Positions 27,689-36,709 of a stretch of DNA of 53,275 bases are shown one piece after another. Below the pieces are notes generated by a model. That model searched no databases. It was not told the DNA's origin and saw nothing but the letters and a program-made list of their open reading frames with translations. The stretch comes from an uncultured Desulfuromonas sp. (GTDB taxonomy: Bacteria; Desulfobacterota; Desulfuromonadia; Desulfuromonadales; Desulfuromonadaceae), in NCBI GenBank assembly GCA_964444945.1, contig CAYUJC010000003.1, positions 1-53,275 of the forward strand, given 5' to 3'. The position numbers and the translations under genes were made by a program. How positions within the stretch are numbered: the stretch's first letter is position 1; each line of letters starts with the position of its first letter.

Positions 27689-30214
27689 ATGCCCCTTACC
27701 CACGATCAGCGTGATACCGAGGCCATGCGCAAAGCATTGCGCTGTCTTGGATGTGACGAAGAGAGTATAGAAACCAGTTTTCTCCATTATCTGTACAACG
27801 CCTTCGGGCGCAAACTCAGTTCGCAGAGATACTATTTGTACAAAGCCCTGGCGTATATGGTGCGCGACCGTCTCGTAGCGCGCTGGAAACAGACTTGGCT
27901 GGCACACTATGAGGCAGAAACCAAACGGGCATATTACCTCTCCATGGAATTTCTCATCGGACGTTCGCTGAGCAACAATCTGTTTAATATCGATATAGAC
28001 CGGAATACACATGCCGCCCTGCATGGAGTTGGCCTGGCTCTTGAAGAGGTTGAGGAGGCTGAACATGACGCAGGGTTGGGTAATGGTGGGCTGGGGCGGC
28101 TGGCCGCCTGCTTCATGGAGAGCTGCGCTACATTGCAGCTACCAGTGGTGGGTTATGGCATGCGCTATCGCTACGGCATGCTGCGTCAGCACATTCAGGA
28201 CGGTTATCAGATCGAAGAGCCAGATCAGTGGTTGGGGTATGGGGATTATCCGTGGGAGATAAAGCGCTCAGACTACACCTGTGTGGTCAAGTTTGGCGGC
28301 ACAACCAGAACCTACCATGATCCCCACGATCATGGGAAACTGACGGTTCACTGGGACCATGCAGAAGAGGTGCTGGCGGTGCCCTATGATGTGCCGGTGC
28401 CGGGGTACAAAAACAACACAGTCAACACCCTGCGCCTGTGGTCGGCAACTTCTGCAAAGGATTTCAACCTCGACGCATTCAATACCGTTTCGTACCATGA
28501 CAATGTCGCCGAAAAAGAGGCCGCCGAGAGCATAACCATGGTGTTGTATCCCAACGACGCCAGCGAATTGGGGAAGGAGCTGCGGTTGCGGCAGCAGTAT
28601 TTTCTGGTCAGCGCCAGTCTTTCAGATATCGTCAAACACTGGAAACGTGCACATGGAGGTGATTTCAGGGCTTTTGCAGCCAATAATGTGTTTCAGCTCA
28701 ACGATACCCACCCCAGCCTGGCAGTCGCGGAGCTGATGCGCATTCTGGTTGATGAGGAAGCCCTGCATTGGGGTGAGGCGTGGGAGATCGTCACCAAAAC
28801 CATGGCATACACCAACCATACCCTGTTGCCGGAGGCGCTGGAAACCTGGCCGACACAGATGTTCCGGAAACTGCTGCCACGCCTGCTGGAGATCATTTAC
28901 GAAATAAACAGCCGCTTTTTGGCCCAGGTCTCCATGAAATGGCCGCTGGATCTGGAACGTTACCGGCGCATGTCCCTTATCAGCCCCGAACAGCACGTGC
29001 GCATGGCACATCTGGCCATAGTGGGGAGCTTTTCGATCAATGGGGTAGCCGCGCTTCATTCTGAACTGTTGAAACAGGGACTGTTTCGCGATTTTTACGA
29101 ACTTTGGCCGGAAAAATTCAACAACAAAACCAATGGGGTTACCCCGCGACGTTGGCTCGCTGTTGCTAACCCCGGCCTGCGCACCTTGCTCAATCGCACC
29201 CTCGGGGAGGAATGGATGACGGACCTGACCCAGCTTAAAGCGCTGGAGAAGTTTCTGTCTGATGCAACATTCATGCATGCGTGGGAAGAAGTGCATCAGC
29301 AGAACAAACAGCGCCTGGCGGATCTTATTCGGGGGCGCACCAATGTAGTGGTTGATACCAACATGCTTTTTGATGTGCAGGTCAAACGCATTCACGAGTA
29401 CAAGCGCCAGCTACTCAATGTGCTGCACGTGATTCATCTGTATGCACGCCTGAAGTTCGAAGATGTTCCACTTAAAACCAGACGCTGTGTGATCTTTGCC
29501 GGGAAGGCGGCTCCGGGGTACGCCATGGCCAAAAAGATTATTAAACTTATTCATAATGTCGCTAATGTGGTGAACCGTGATCCCGATATCGGTGATGCCA
29601 TGAAGATAGTGTTTATCCCCGACTACAATGTTTCCATCATGGAAACCGTGTGTCCCGGGACTGACCTGTCCGAACAGATATCAACGGCCGGCAAGGAAGC
29701 CTCCGGAACCGGAAATATGAAGTTTATGATGAACGGAGCGGTGACGATCGGGACCTTGGATGGAGCCAATGTAGAGATCCTTGAAGAGGTAGGGGAAGAA
29801 AACTTCTTTTTATTCGGGCTGAAGGCGCACGAAGTTGAGGAACGTAAAAAAAACTACGATCCTGCCGCAGTGCTAGCCACAGACTCCGACCTGCAGCGGG
29901 TTATGCAGCTGCTGGAATCGGGGCATTTCAATCGGTTTGAGCCTGGGATCTTCGATGACATCATTGCCGAACTCAAGAGCCCGGCTGACCCATGGATGAC
30001 GTTGGTTGATTTCCGCAGTTATGTCCAGGCGCAAGAACGGGTCGCCGAAGCGTTTGAAGACCGCCCGCGCTGGCTGCGGATGAGTGTGATCAACAGCGCC
30101 CGGAGTGGTAAGTTTTCCACCGACCGAACCATAGCTGAATACAACCGCGATATCTGGCATCTGCAGCCGGTAGAAATTGCGCCAACGCCGGAGCCGGATG
30201 AACTGCGTTGTTGA
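27689..30214 (+). CDS. glgP: glycogen/starch/alpha-glucan phosphorylase (long GT35 form)
   Basis: 841-aa ORF with GLGNGGLGRLAACF and the PLP site EASGTGNMKFMMNGA. Confidence 0.96.
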   Translation: MPLTHDQRDTEAMRKALRCLGCDEESIETSFLHYLYNAFGRKLSSQRYYLYKALAYMVRDRLVARWKQTWLAHYEAETKRAYYLSMEFLIGRSLSNNLFNIDIDRNTHAALHGVGLALEEVEEAEHDAGLGNGGLGRLAACFMESCATLQLPVVGYGMRYRYGMLRQHIQDGYQIEEPDQWLGYGDYPWEIKRSDYTCVVKFGGTTRTYHDPHDHGKLTVHWDHAEEVLAVPYDVPVPGYKNNTVNTLRLWSATSAKDFNLDAFNTVSYHDNVAEKEAAESITMVLYPNDASELGKELRLRQQYFLVSASLSDIVKHWKRAHGGDFRAFAANNVFQLNDTHPSLAVAELMRILVDEEALHWGEAWEIVTKTMAYTNHTLLPEALETWPTQMFRKLLPRLLEIIYEINSRFLAQVSMKWPLDLERYRRMSLISPEQHVRMAHLAIVGSFSINGVAALHSELLKQGLFRDFYELWPEKFNNKTNGVTPRRWLAVANPGLRTLLNRTLGEEWMTDLTQLKALEKFLSDATFMHAWEEVHQQNKQRLADLIRGRTNVVVDTNMLFDVQVKRIHEYKRQLLNVLHVIHLYARLKFEDVPLKTRRCVIFAGKAAPGYAMAKKIIKLIHNVANVVNRDPDIGDAMKIVFIPDYNVSIMETVCPGTDLSEQISTAGKEASGTGNMKFMMNGAVTIGTLDGANVEILEEVGEENFFLFGLKAHEVEERKKNYDPAAVLATDSDLQRVMQLLESGHFNRFEPGIFDDIIAELKSPADPWMTLVDFRSYVQAQERVAEAFEDRPRWLRMSVINSARSGKFSTDRTIAEYNRDIWHLQPVEIAPTPEPDELRC

Positions 30215-30218
30215 GGAT

Positions 30219-30602
30219 TCACTGGCGCAGATACAGGGTATACTGGACCAGCGCTTCAATCTGCTCTGCGGTATAGACCGAGGAAAAGGAGGGCATCCCT
30301 CCGTTACGCCCGGCTTTGATGGAGGTGTATATCTCTGCGGGGCTGCTGCCGTAGCGGTAGTCTGCGCGCTGCAGTGACGGGCCGCTGCGTACTCCCAGCC
30401 CATTGCCGTGCGCGCCGTGGCAGGATGCGCAGCTCTTGGCAAACAACTCTTGGCCGGTACGTAATTGCCTCTGTTCCGGCGTAAGGGCGCTGTCCTGCGC
30501 GCTGTTGCAGCCACTGCAGACCAAGGTCGCCAGCACAATGAGGGCCGCAAGGAGTATGTGTAGAGGCAAAGAGGTGGAGCGCAGTTCAATATATTTACCC
30601 AT
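30219..30602 (-). CDS. class I c-type cytochrome (monohaem), secreted and possibly a lipoprotein
   Basis: 127-aa ORF. It has a signal peptide ending in LVCSGCNS. The single haem motif is CASCHG, with a distal GGMPSF Met region. Confidence 0.85.
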   Translation of the reverse strand: MGKYIELRSTSLPLHILLAALIVLATLVCSGCNSAQDSALTPEQRQLRTGQELFAKSCASCHGAHGNGLGVRSGPSLQRADYRYGSSPAEIYTSIKAGRNGGMPSFSSVYTAEQIEALVQYTLYLRQ

Positions 30603-30775
30603 GTTATCTCCCTATTGCACTTGCTGAATATATCAGGACAGATTTTTAGTGCCGCTATCGTGAAGATAGAAGCAGTATAGCTCATTCTTGGAGGGCTGCA
30701 CGCACGCGGTAGAAGAATTTGCCCGCTGCGTTTTCAAAGGGTAATGCTTAAAGAGAGGTAGAGGGACGGAAAATT

Positions 30776-30811
30776 AACGGGCTGTACCGGTTTCACGCGG
30801 TACAGCCCGTT
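30776..30811 (-). terminator. rho-independent terminator just downstream of thiC
   Basis: AACGGGCTGTACCGgtttcacgCGGTACAGCCCGTT. A 14-bp perfect stem, followed on the minus-strand transcript by AAUUUU. Confidence 0.75.
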
Positions 30812-30814
30812 TTG

Positions 30815-32122
30815 TCAGGCTCGTGTTTTATTCTGGTATTCGCGCCGCTCGTCCATCACCTTTACGGCGCAGAACTCCCCACACATGGTGCAGGCACCGT
30901 GTTCATCCGCAGCTTTATTTTCACTGCGCCGGGCGCGGGCACGTTCGGGGTCAAGGGCGAGGGAGAACTGCTTCTCCCAGTCCAGCTCTTTGCGCGCCTG
31001 GGCCATGGCGTGGTCTTTATCAATGGCACCGGGAACTTTTTTTACGATGTCGGCGGCATGAGCGGCGATGCGGCTGGCAATAACCCCCTCCCTCACATCA
31101 TCGATATTGGGCAGGCACAGGTGCTCACTCGGGGTGACGTAACACAGAAAGTCTGCTCCGGCTGAAGCGGCAATGGCACCGCCGATGGCGCAGGCGATAT
31201 GATCATAGCCTGCGGCCAGGTCGGTTACCAGTGGCCCCAGAACATAGAAGGGTGCTCCGCAACACAAGTGTTTCTGCAGTTTGATGTTGGTTTCAATCTG
31301 ATCCAGGGGGACATGCCCCGGACCTTCAATCATCACCTGAATGCCCGCATCCCAGGCGCGTTTGGTCAGCTCACCCAGGGTGAGGAGTTCCTGTACCTGG
31401 GCGCGGTCGGTGGCGTCCTGCAGACATCCGGGGCGGAACCCGTCTCCAAGGGAGAGGGTGGCATCGTAAGGGCGTACCAATTCAAGCAGGCGATCATAGT
31501 GCTCATACAGAGGATTCTCTGCATCATTGAACGCCATCCACTTGGCGGTAAAGGAACCGCCGCGTGAGACTACATCCATCCGGCGCCCCTGCTGATCCAT
31601 AGCGTCTAGGCTGCGGCGGTTCACGCCGCAGTGAACCGTAATGAAATCAACCCCGTCATCCAGGTGTTTCTGGATACCGTCGAAAATTTCATCCACGGTC
31701 ATTTCAACCATGGACTTCTTTTTCTTCGATACGGTATCAACTGCGGCTTGATACAAAGGGACACTGCCGATGCAGGCGCTGGTATCAGCAATAATTGCAG
31801 CACGGATTTCATCTATCGGCCCGCCGGTGGACAGGTCCATGATGGCATCCGCCCCGGCCGCAATAGCCACCTTGGCTTTCGCCAGTTCGTTGTCGATATT
31901 GGTATCATCTTTACTGGTGCCGATATTGGCATTGACCTTGGTTCTGAGCCCTTCACCCACGGCCAGCGGAATGCCATGGGTATGTTTGACGTTGTGGCAG
32001 ATGCATACCGTTCCGGCGGCAACGCGCTGGCGCAGGATTTCAGGATCGATGCCTTCTATTTCTGCGGCCTGGCGCAGGGTGGCGGTGATAATCCCGTTGC
32101 GGGCAGATTCCATCAGGGTCAT
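30815..32122 (-). CDS. thiC: phosphomethylpyrimidine synthase
   Basis: 435-aa ORF, highly typical of ThiC (radical SAM). The C-terminal cluster motif is CTMCGEFCA. Confidence 0.96.
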   Translation of the reverse strand: MTLMESARNGIITATLRQAAEIEGIDPEILRQRVAAGTVCICHNVKHTHGIPLAVGEGLRTKVNANIGTSKDDTNIDNELAKAKVAIAAGADAIMDLSTGGPIDEIRAAIIADTSACIGSVPLYQAAVDTVSKKKKSMVEMTVDEIFDGIQKHLDDGVDFITVHCGVNRRSLDAMDQQGRRMDVVSRGGSFTAKWMAFNDAENPLYEHYDRLLELVRPYDATLSLGDGFRPGCLQDATDRAQVQELLTLGELTKRAWDAGIQVMIEGPGHVPLDQIETNIKLQKHLCCGAPFYVLGPLVTDLAAGYDHIACAIGGAIAASAGADFLCYVTPSEHLCLPNIDDVREGVIASRIAAHAADIVKKVPGAIDKDHAMAQARKELDWEKQFSLALDPERARARRSENKAADEHGACTMCGEFCAVKVMDERREYQNKTRA

Positions 32123-32137
32123 TTTTATGGGTCCTCT

Positions 32138-33628
32138 CTATAGGTGGTGAAGGTGGCAGCGGAGTTTTTCTGCTGCAACGAAGTGATTTACCGGGCCGTG
32201 ACCGTGGCCAAACCCCGGAGCTGTTTTTATGGCGGTGTGGATAAATTCCTTGGCGGCGCGGGCGGCGTCCGGTAACGCAAACCCCTGGGCCAATAGGGCG
32301 GCCAGCGCGGCAGCAGTGGTGCAGCCGGTGCCGTGGGTGTGGACTGAGTCGATACGTTCCCCTTCCAGGCGCAGTGTGTCCGTTCCGTAGCGCAGGATAT
32401 CAATGGGGGCTCCTTCCAGATGCCCACCCTTTACCAGCACATGCGCGGCACCCATGTTTTGCAGGGTGTGAGCGGCCTTTTCCATAGCGGCGGTATTTGT
32501 TATTCTGCTGCCGGTTAAGGCTTCTGCTTCAGGAATATTCGGGGTCAACAGGTAGATCTGGGGGAGGATCTCTTCCCGAAACGCGATAACCGCTTCAGGT
32601 TGAAGCAGGTGCGCGCCACCCTTGGCGATCATGACGGGATCTACCACATTCAGGGTCGCTGCTTGGCGCAGAACGTTCGCCACTGCGCGGATGATTTCAG
32701 CATTGAACAGCATCCCGGTTTTAATAACGTCGACGTGGAGGTCATCAAGGACAGCTTGAGCCTGCTGCACCACAAATTCCGCTGCTACGGGATAAATTCC
32801 CTGCACTCCGGTGGTGTTTTGCGCTGTAAGAGCGGTAATGGCGCTGCTGGCGTAGCTGCCCAGCAGGGTGATGGTTTTTAAGTCTGCCTGAATACCGGCA
32901 CCACCGCTGGAGTCAGAGCCGGCGATGGTGAGAACACTTCCTCTGGGCAGCGCTGCAGCCAAATTGCTGCCCAGCTGTCTGAACATCAGGCTCAGTTCGC
33001 GCGCGGCCACATCGGGGCGTGGTGCGTTCATCACTGCACTGACAACGGCGGCGCTGCAGGCACCGTGGCGAATAACTTCAGGAAGATTCGCCGCGCAAAT
33101 GCCGCCTATGGCCACTACCGGGATATCCACCGCGGCGCACACCCGGCCTAACTCTGCAACGCCAATGTGGACAGCATCACCTTTGGTGTCTGTAGGGTAG
33201 ACACTGCCACAGCCGAGGTAGTCGACACGTTGTTCCCGGGCGCGCAGGGCCTGGGCAACACTCTGGACGGATACGCCGATAATTTTATCCGGCCCCAGCT
33301 GCGCCCGCGCCTGCGCCACATCGCCATCATCCTGCCCGAGGTGGACCCCATCGGCGTTCGCCTGCAGAGCCAGTTCGATACTGTCGTTGACAATAAAACA
33401 GGCTGCGTAGGTGTGGCACAATTCCCGCAGCTTTATTGCCGTGCTGAGCTGGTGTGCAAACGGTGAGAGCTTATCACGCAGTTGTACGATGGTGGCGCCA
33501 CCTTTGAGGGCCAGTTGTGTTGCGGTGAGGATATCCTCCGCGGAGCTATCCGGAGTGATGACGTACAGTCCGCGGATTTTGTGTTTTGGCGCTGGATTCA
33601 GGGCTGGATTTTTTTGCGCGAGGTGCAT
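32138..33628 (-). CDS. thiED: bifunctional thiamine-phosphate synthase (N-terminal ThiE) / hydroxymethylpyrimidine-phosphomethylpyrimidine kinase (C-terminal ThiD)
   Basis: 496-aa ORF. The N-terminal half (GLYVITPDS...VQLRDK...AIGGI) is ThiE-like. The C-terminal half (VLTIAGSDSSGGAGIQADLKT...HTHGTGCT) is ThiD-like. Confidence 0.9.
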   Translation of the reverse strand: MHLAQKNPALNPAPKHKIRGLYVITPDSSAEDILTATQLALKGGATIVQLRDKLSPFAHQLSTAIKLRELCHTYAACFIVNDSIELALQANADGVHLGQDDGDVAQARAQLGPDKIIGVSVQSVAQALRAREQRVDYLGCGSVYPTDTKGDAVHIGVAELGRVCAAVDIPVVAIGGICAANLPEVIRHGACSAAVVSAVMNAPRPDVAARELSLMFRQLGSNLAAALPRGSVLTIAGSDSSGGAGIQADLKTITLLGSYASSAITALTAQNTTGVQGIYPVAAEFVVQQAQAVLDDLHVDVIKTGMLFNAEIIRAVANVLRQAATLNVVDPVMIAKGGAHLLQPEAVIAFREEILPQIYLLTPNIPEAEALTGSRITNTAAMEKAAHTLQNMGAAHVLVKGGHLEGAPIDILRYGTDTLRLEGERIDSVHTHGTGCTTAAALAALLAQGFALPDAARAAKEFIHTAIKTAPGFGHGHGPVNHFVAAEKLRCHLHHL

Positions 33629-33644
33629 GGTGGAAGTGCCTCCA

Positions 33645-33674
33645 ATAAAAAAACCGCATCTGTGAAGGATGCGG
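33645..33674 (-). terminator. intrinsic terminator forming the expression platform of the TPP riboswitch
   Basis: The minus-strand transcript reads ACCGCAUCcuucacaGAUGCGGU followed by U8. The GGAGG Shine-Dalgarno and the thiED ATG follow immediately. Confidence 0.8.
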
Positions 33675-33699
33675 TGTAAACACGAGAGGGGATGTGTGT

Positions 33700-33795
33700 T
33701 TGACGTCGCTTCCCTACGCCGGCATTACCCGGATCAGGTTCCAAGGGTCGCTTCAGAATGAGCTCTCAGTGGCATTGACCACTCCCCCAGCTTCA
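33700..33795 (-). promoter_or_regulatory. TPP (THI-box) riboswitch aptamer controlling thiED-thiC
   Basis: The minus strand reads GGGGAGUGGUCAAUGCCACUGAGAGCUCAUUCUGAAGCGACCCUUGGAACCUGAUCCGGGUAAUGCCGGCGUAGGGAAGCG. It contains the invariant CUGAGA and ACCUGAUCnGGnUAAUnCCnGCG..AGGGA elements. Confidence 0.9.
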
Positions 33796-34006
33796 GTTTT
33801 CCTGCAACCCTAAGCCATTAGGCGGGGGGCTGTCAACTCCAAGTGTAGAATAACTTTACACCGGTTACAGCCTCATGGTACAAAAACTCCGTTCATCTCC
33901 CGGATGTTCACACCCTTTGCGTTATGAACCTTTTTTGCGTGTGAACCTCCTTTTCTTTTGTGTTTAGTTACTTAAACCCTCTTTTGTGTGTTTCCTATTC
34001 CTGACC

Positions 34007-35236
34007 ATGCACTATGCACATCGTCCAACCAGGGTAGAGATAGATTTAGCTGCTCTGCGCCATAATTATGCGTTGCTGCGCCATAGCCTTAATTCAGGGC
34101 TCACCTCCGGGTGCAATCCTGCCAGAGGGGGCAAGGATGCCAAGGCTACCAAGGCTACCGTAGAGGTGCTGGCCGTAGTAAAGGCTGACGCATATGGACA
34201 TGGTGCAGTGTTTGTAGCGCAGACCCTGCAGGATGCCGGCGTCTCCATGTTTGGCGTTGCCATCGCCGAAGAGGGGTTGGAACTGCGCCGCGCCGGGATT
34301 GTAAAGCCGATCCTGATGTTGGGGGGAGCTTGGCCCGGCCAGGAAGATGTGGTGCTCTCGGAACAGATGCATACCGCCGTGTTTGAGCGGGATCAGCTCG
34401 AGCGCCTCAACAGTGCGGCCACGCGCCAAGGACGACGTTGCAGCTGTCATATCAAGCTGGATACAGGAATGGGGCGCCTGGGGCTTCAACCTGAAGATCT
34501 GCCCCCCTTTCTGGCCGCATTGAAGCATTACCCTCGCGTTGACATTGTTGGGGTAATGAGTCATCTTGCCATGGCCGATGAGCCCGAAAGCCCCCACAAT
34601 GCCAGGCAGATGGAGGTCTTTGCCCGGGGTGTGGAGCAGATTCGTGCGGCGGGTTGCGTGCCGCGTTATATCCATGCTTTCAACAGCGCCGCCAGCTTTT
34701 CTCCTCCCTGTTCCATGTGCAACCTGGTGCGCCCGGGACTCGCCTTGTATGGAGGGCAACCTCTGGCAGATACGCGTCTGGATTTGCGTCCAGTTATGAA
34801 TTTCAGGAGTAAAATTGCCCATTTGAAGTGGATTCCGGTCGGACATGGAGTCTCCTATGGGCAACATTTTATCGCCGCCAGACCAACCCTCATAGCGGTT
34901 GTGCCGGTGGGCTACGCCGATGGCTACAATCGCCTCCTCTCCAATGGGTTTGAGGCTATTGTGGGGAAGTGGAAGGTGCCGGTTGCCGGCAATGTATGTA
35001 TGGACTGGATTATGCTTGATGTTACCGATGTGCCCGAGGTCGCGGTGCATGATGATGTCACCCTGCTGGGCTGCGAAGATGGTGTGTGCGTATATGCGGA
35101 AGATTGGGCAGAACGCATCGGTTCCATCGCTTACGAAGTGTTCTGTCAGGTGAGCAAACGGGTGCCGCGCGTGTATTTGCCCACTGGTGTCGCACCCGAC
35201 GGAGCAGATCCGGTTGAACCTGTAGGGCATGTCTGA
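34007..35236 (+). CDS. alr: alanine racemase (PLP-dependent), with an N-terminal insert and a C-terminal tail
   Basis: AVVKADAYGHGA contains the PLP lysine. Also present: the VMSHLAMAD region and GYADGY. An extra ~25 aa (SGLTSGCNPARGGKDAKATKATVE) precedes the PLP-Lys strand. Start taken as ATG 34007. Confidence 0.92.
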   Translation: MHYAHRPTRVEIDLAALRHNYALLRHSLNSGLTSGCNPARGGKDAKATKATVEVLAVVKADAYGHGAVFVAQTLQDAGVSMFGVAIAEEGLELRRAGIVKPILMLGGAWPGQEDVVLSEQMHTAVFERDQLERLNSAATRQGRRCSCHIKLDTGMGRLGLQPEDLPPFLAALKHYPRVDIVGVMSHLAMADEPESPHNARQMEVFARGVEQIRAAGCVPRYIHAFNSAASFSPPCSMCNLVRPGLALYGGQPLADTRLDLRPVMNFRSKIAHLKWIPVGHGVSYGQHFIAARPTLIAVVPVGYADGYNRLLSNGFEAIVGKWKVPVAGNVCMDWIMLDVTDVPEVAVHDDVTLLGCEDGVCVYAEDWAERIGSIAYEVFCQVSKRVPRVYLPTGVAPDGADPVEPVGHV

Positions 35237-35238
35237 CC

Positions 35239-36522
35239 ATGGCTGATTATCGCCACAACGCGCACCGGGTGATGCTCGCCCTCGATCTGGGTACCACTAC
35301 CCTTGGTGGCCGGTTGGTGGATGCAACGGGGCAGATTGTAGCCCAGGCCTCGATCTTCAACCCGCAGCATACATTCGGTTACGATATCATCCGCCGTCTC
35401 GAACATGCGACGCAGCCGAGGGGTCGGCGCGAGTTGCAACAGGCCCTGCTGCACGGAATTACCGAACTCTTTGAGGTGTTGCTTAAGGATAGCGCGCTTG
35501 ATGCGCAGGCGGTTGCGCGCGCGGTGGCGGCAGGGAATTCCGCCATAACCCTCCTGGCGCGGGGGGCAGATCCCGCTGGGCTTCTGCGCCCACCATATCG
35601 TCCAGACAGTTGTGACGGCGTTAGCATAGCTGTAGATAAACTGCCGGTGCCGCTGTACCTGTTCCCCCTGGCGGGGGGCTATGTCGGGGGCGATCTGCTC
35701 GCGGTCCTGTATGGTCTGGGAAGCCCTGCTGCAGGTTCCCTTGTCGTGGACGTAGGCACCAACGCCGAGATGGCTCTGTTTGATGGAGCGCGCTGGCTGG
35801 TCACCTCGGTGGCAGCTGGCCCCGCTTTTGAGGGGGGAAATATCAGTTGCGGCATGGCGGCGCACCGTGGTGCCATCAGTGGTGTCCACCTTGAGCACGA
35901 GCGCTTCCGCTTTGATATTATAGCTGCCCCCGAGGACTCAGGCGCAGTAGCGCCGCGCGGACTGTGTGGCAGTGCCGTGGTTGAAGCCCTTGTCGCAGGC
36001 CTGCAGTCAGGTCTGGTAGGGCGCGACGGAACGCTCGCGGATCCCGATGAAGTGGAGACCAACCTCGCGCGGTACCTGGGGGTTGAGAATGGGGGGAGCG
36101 AGAATCGCGCCCAGGGGCAACAGACGTATCTGCGCTTATACCGTGACGCCGACGTTGATCTGCGCTTGAGTCAGGAAGATATCCGCCAGCTTCAACTTGC
36201 CAAAGGGGCTGTGTATGCCGGAGCGCAGTGTCTGGTAGAGCGCGCAGGAGTTGAGCCCACTGCTATTGAACACGTGTATATCACAGGCGCCCTGGGGGCA
36301 GCGATACGCCCGGAGATGTTAAAAGAAATTTCCCTGTTGCCGGAATACATGATAAAAAGGGTTGTATTTGCCCCTGATGGGGTACTTCGCGGCTTGGTGC
36401 AGTTTCTCCAGGATGAGCACGGAGAAATGGTGTTGGAAAAACTACGTGAAAAGATCACCCTCTATCCCCTTTCAGGCACCCCGGCATTTGAACGTGCTTT
36501 TGTCGCGGCCCTTAATTTTTGA
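35239..36522 (+). CDS. ASKHA-fold ATPase of the RACo C-terminal / DUF4445 type, stand-alone (no ferredoxin or middle domain)
   Basis: 427-aa ORF. It starts 2 nt after the alr stop. Motifs: LALDLGTTTLGG, NPQHTFGYDIIRRL, VVDVGTNAEMAL, AAGPAFEGG, GLCGSA, QLAKGAVYAG and ITGALG. Confidence 0.8.
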   Translation: MADYRHNAHRVMLALDLGTTTLGGRLVDATGQIVAQASIFNPQHTFGYDIIRRLEHATQPRGRRELQQALLHGITELFEVLLKDSALDAQAVARAVAAGNSAITLLARGADPAGLLRPPYRPDSCDGVSIAVDKLPVPLYLFPLAGGYVGGDLLAVLYGLGSPAAGSLVVDVGTNAEMALFDGARWLVTSVAAGPAFEGGNISCGMAAHRGAISGVHLEHERFRFDIIAAPEDSGAVAPRGLCGSAVVEALVAGLQSGLVGRDGTLADPDEVETNLARYLGVENGGSENRAQGQQTYLRLYRDADVDLRLSQEDIRQLQLAKGAVYAGAQCLVERAGVEPTAIEHVYITGALGAAIRPEMLKEISLLPEYMIKRVVFAPDGVLRGLVQFLQDEHGEMVLEKLREKITLYPLSGTPAFERAFVAALNF

Positions 36523-36709
36523 ATATTTATCCCCCCTGCTCTTCGAAAAAGCGTGCGGTGGCGCGAGTGAAAATGGGGGTGTACTACTGCAGAGGAGGAA
36601 TTCCCTTGTCTGTTACCAGAGAAACACGTAAACGTAAGTGTCTTGGTCGGAATAGGTAGATAGGGACAAGTTTTCAGTAATATTTTTAATATACGGGAAA
36701 GGGTTCGAC

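Noticed and set aside
29873-30685. 270-aa minus-strand ORF spanning the glgP 3' end and the cytochrome c gene in another frame
   Set aside because: It competes with two well-supported genes. The 127-aa frame has a signal peptide and a CASCHG haem motif, while this frame is Arg/Ala/Pro-rich with no features.
34094-35230. 378-aa ORF antisense to alanine racemase
   Set aside because: A shadow ORF covering almost exactly the alr CDS, with no motifs. The alr frame has unambiguous PLP-enzyme motifs.
36523-36709. ZTP (pfl) riboswitch expected upstream of purH
   Set aside because: I looked for the conserved GGGUCGUGAC..CCGGGCGGA and CCGCCUGGGC elements on the plus strand and did not find them.
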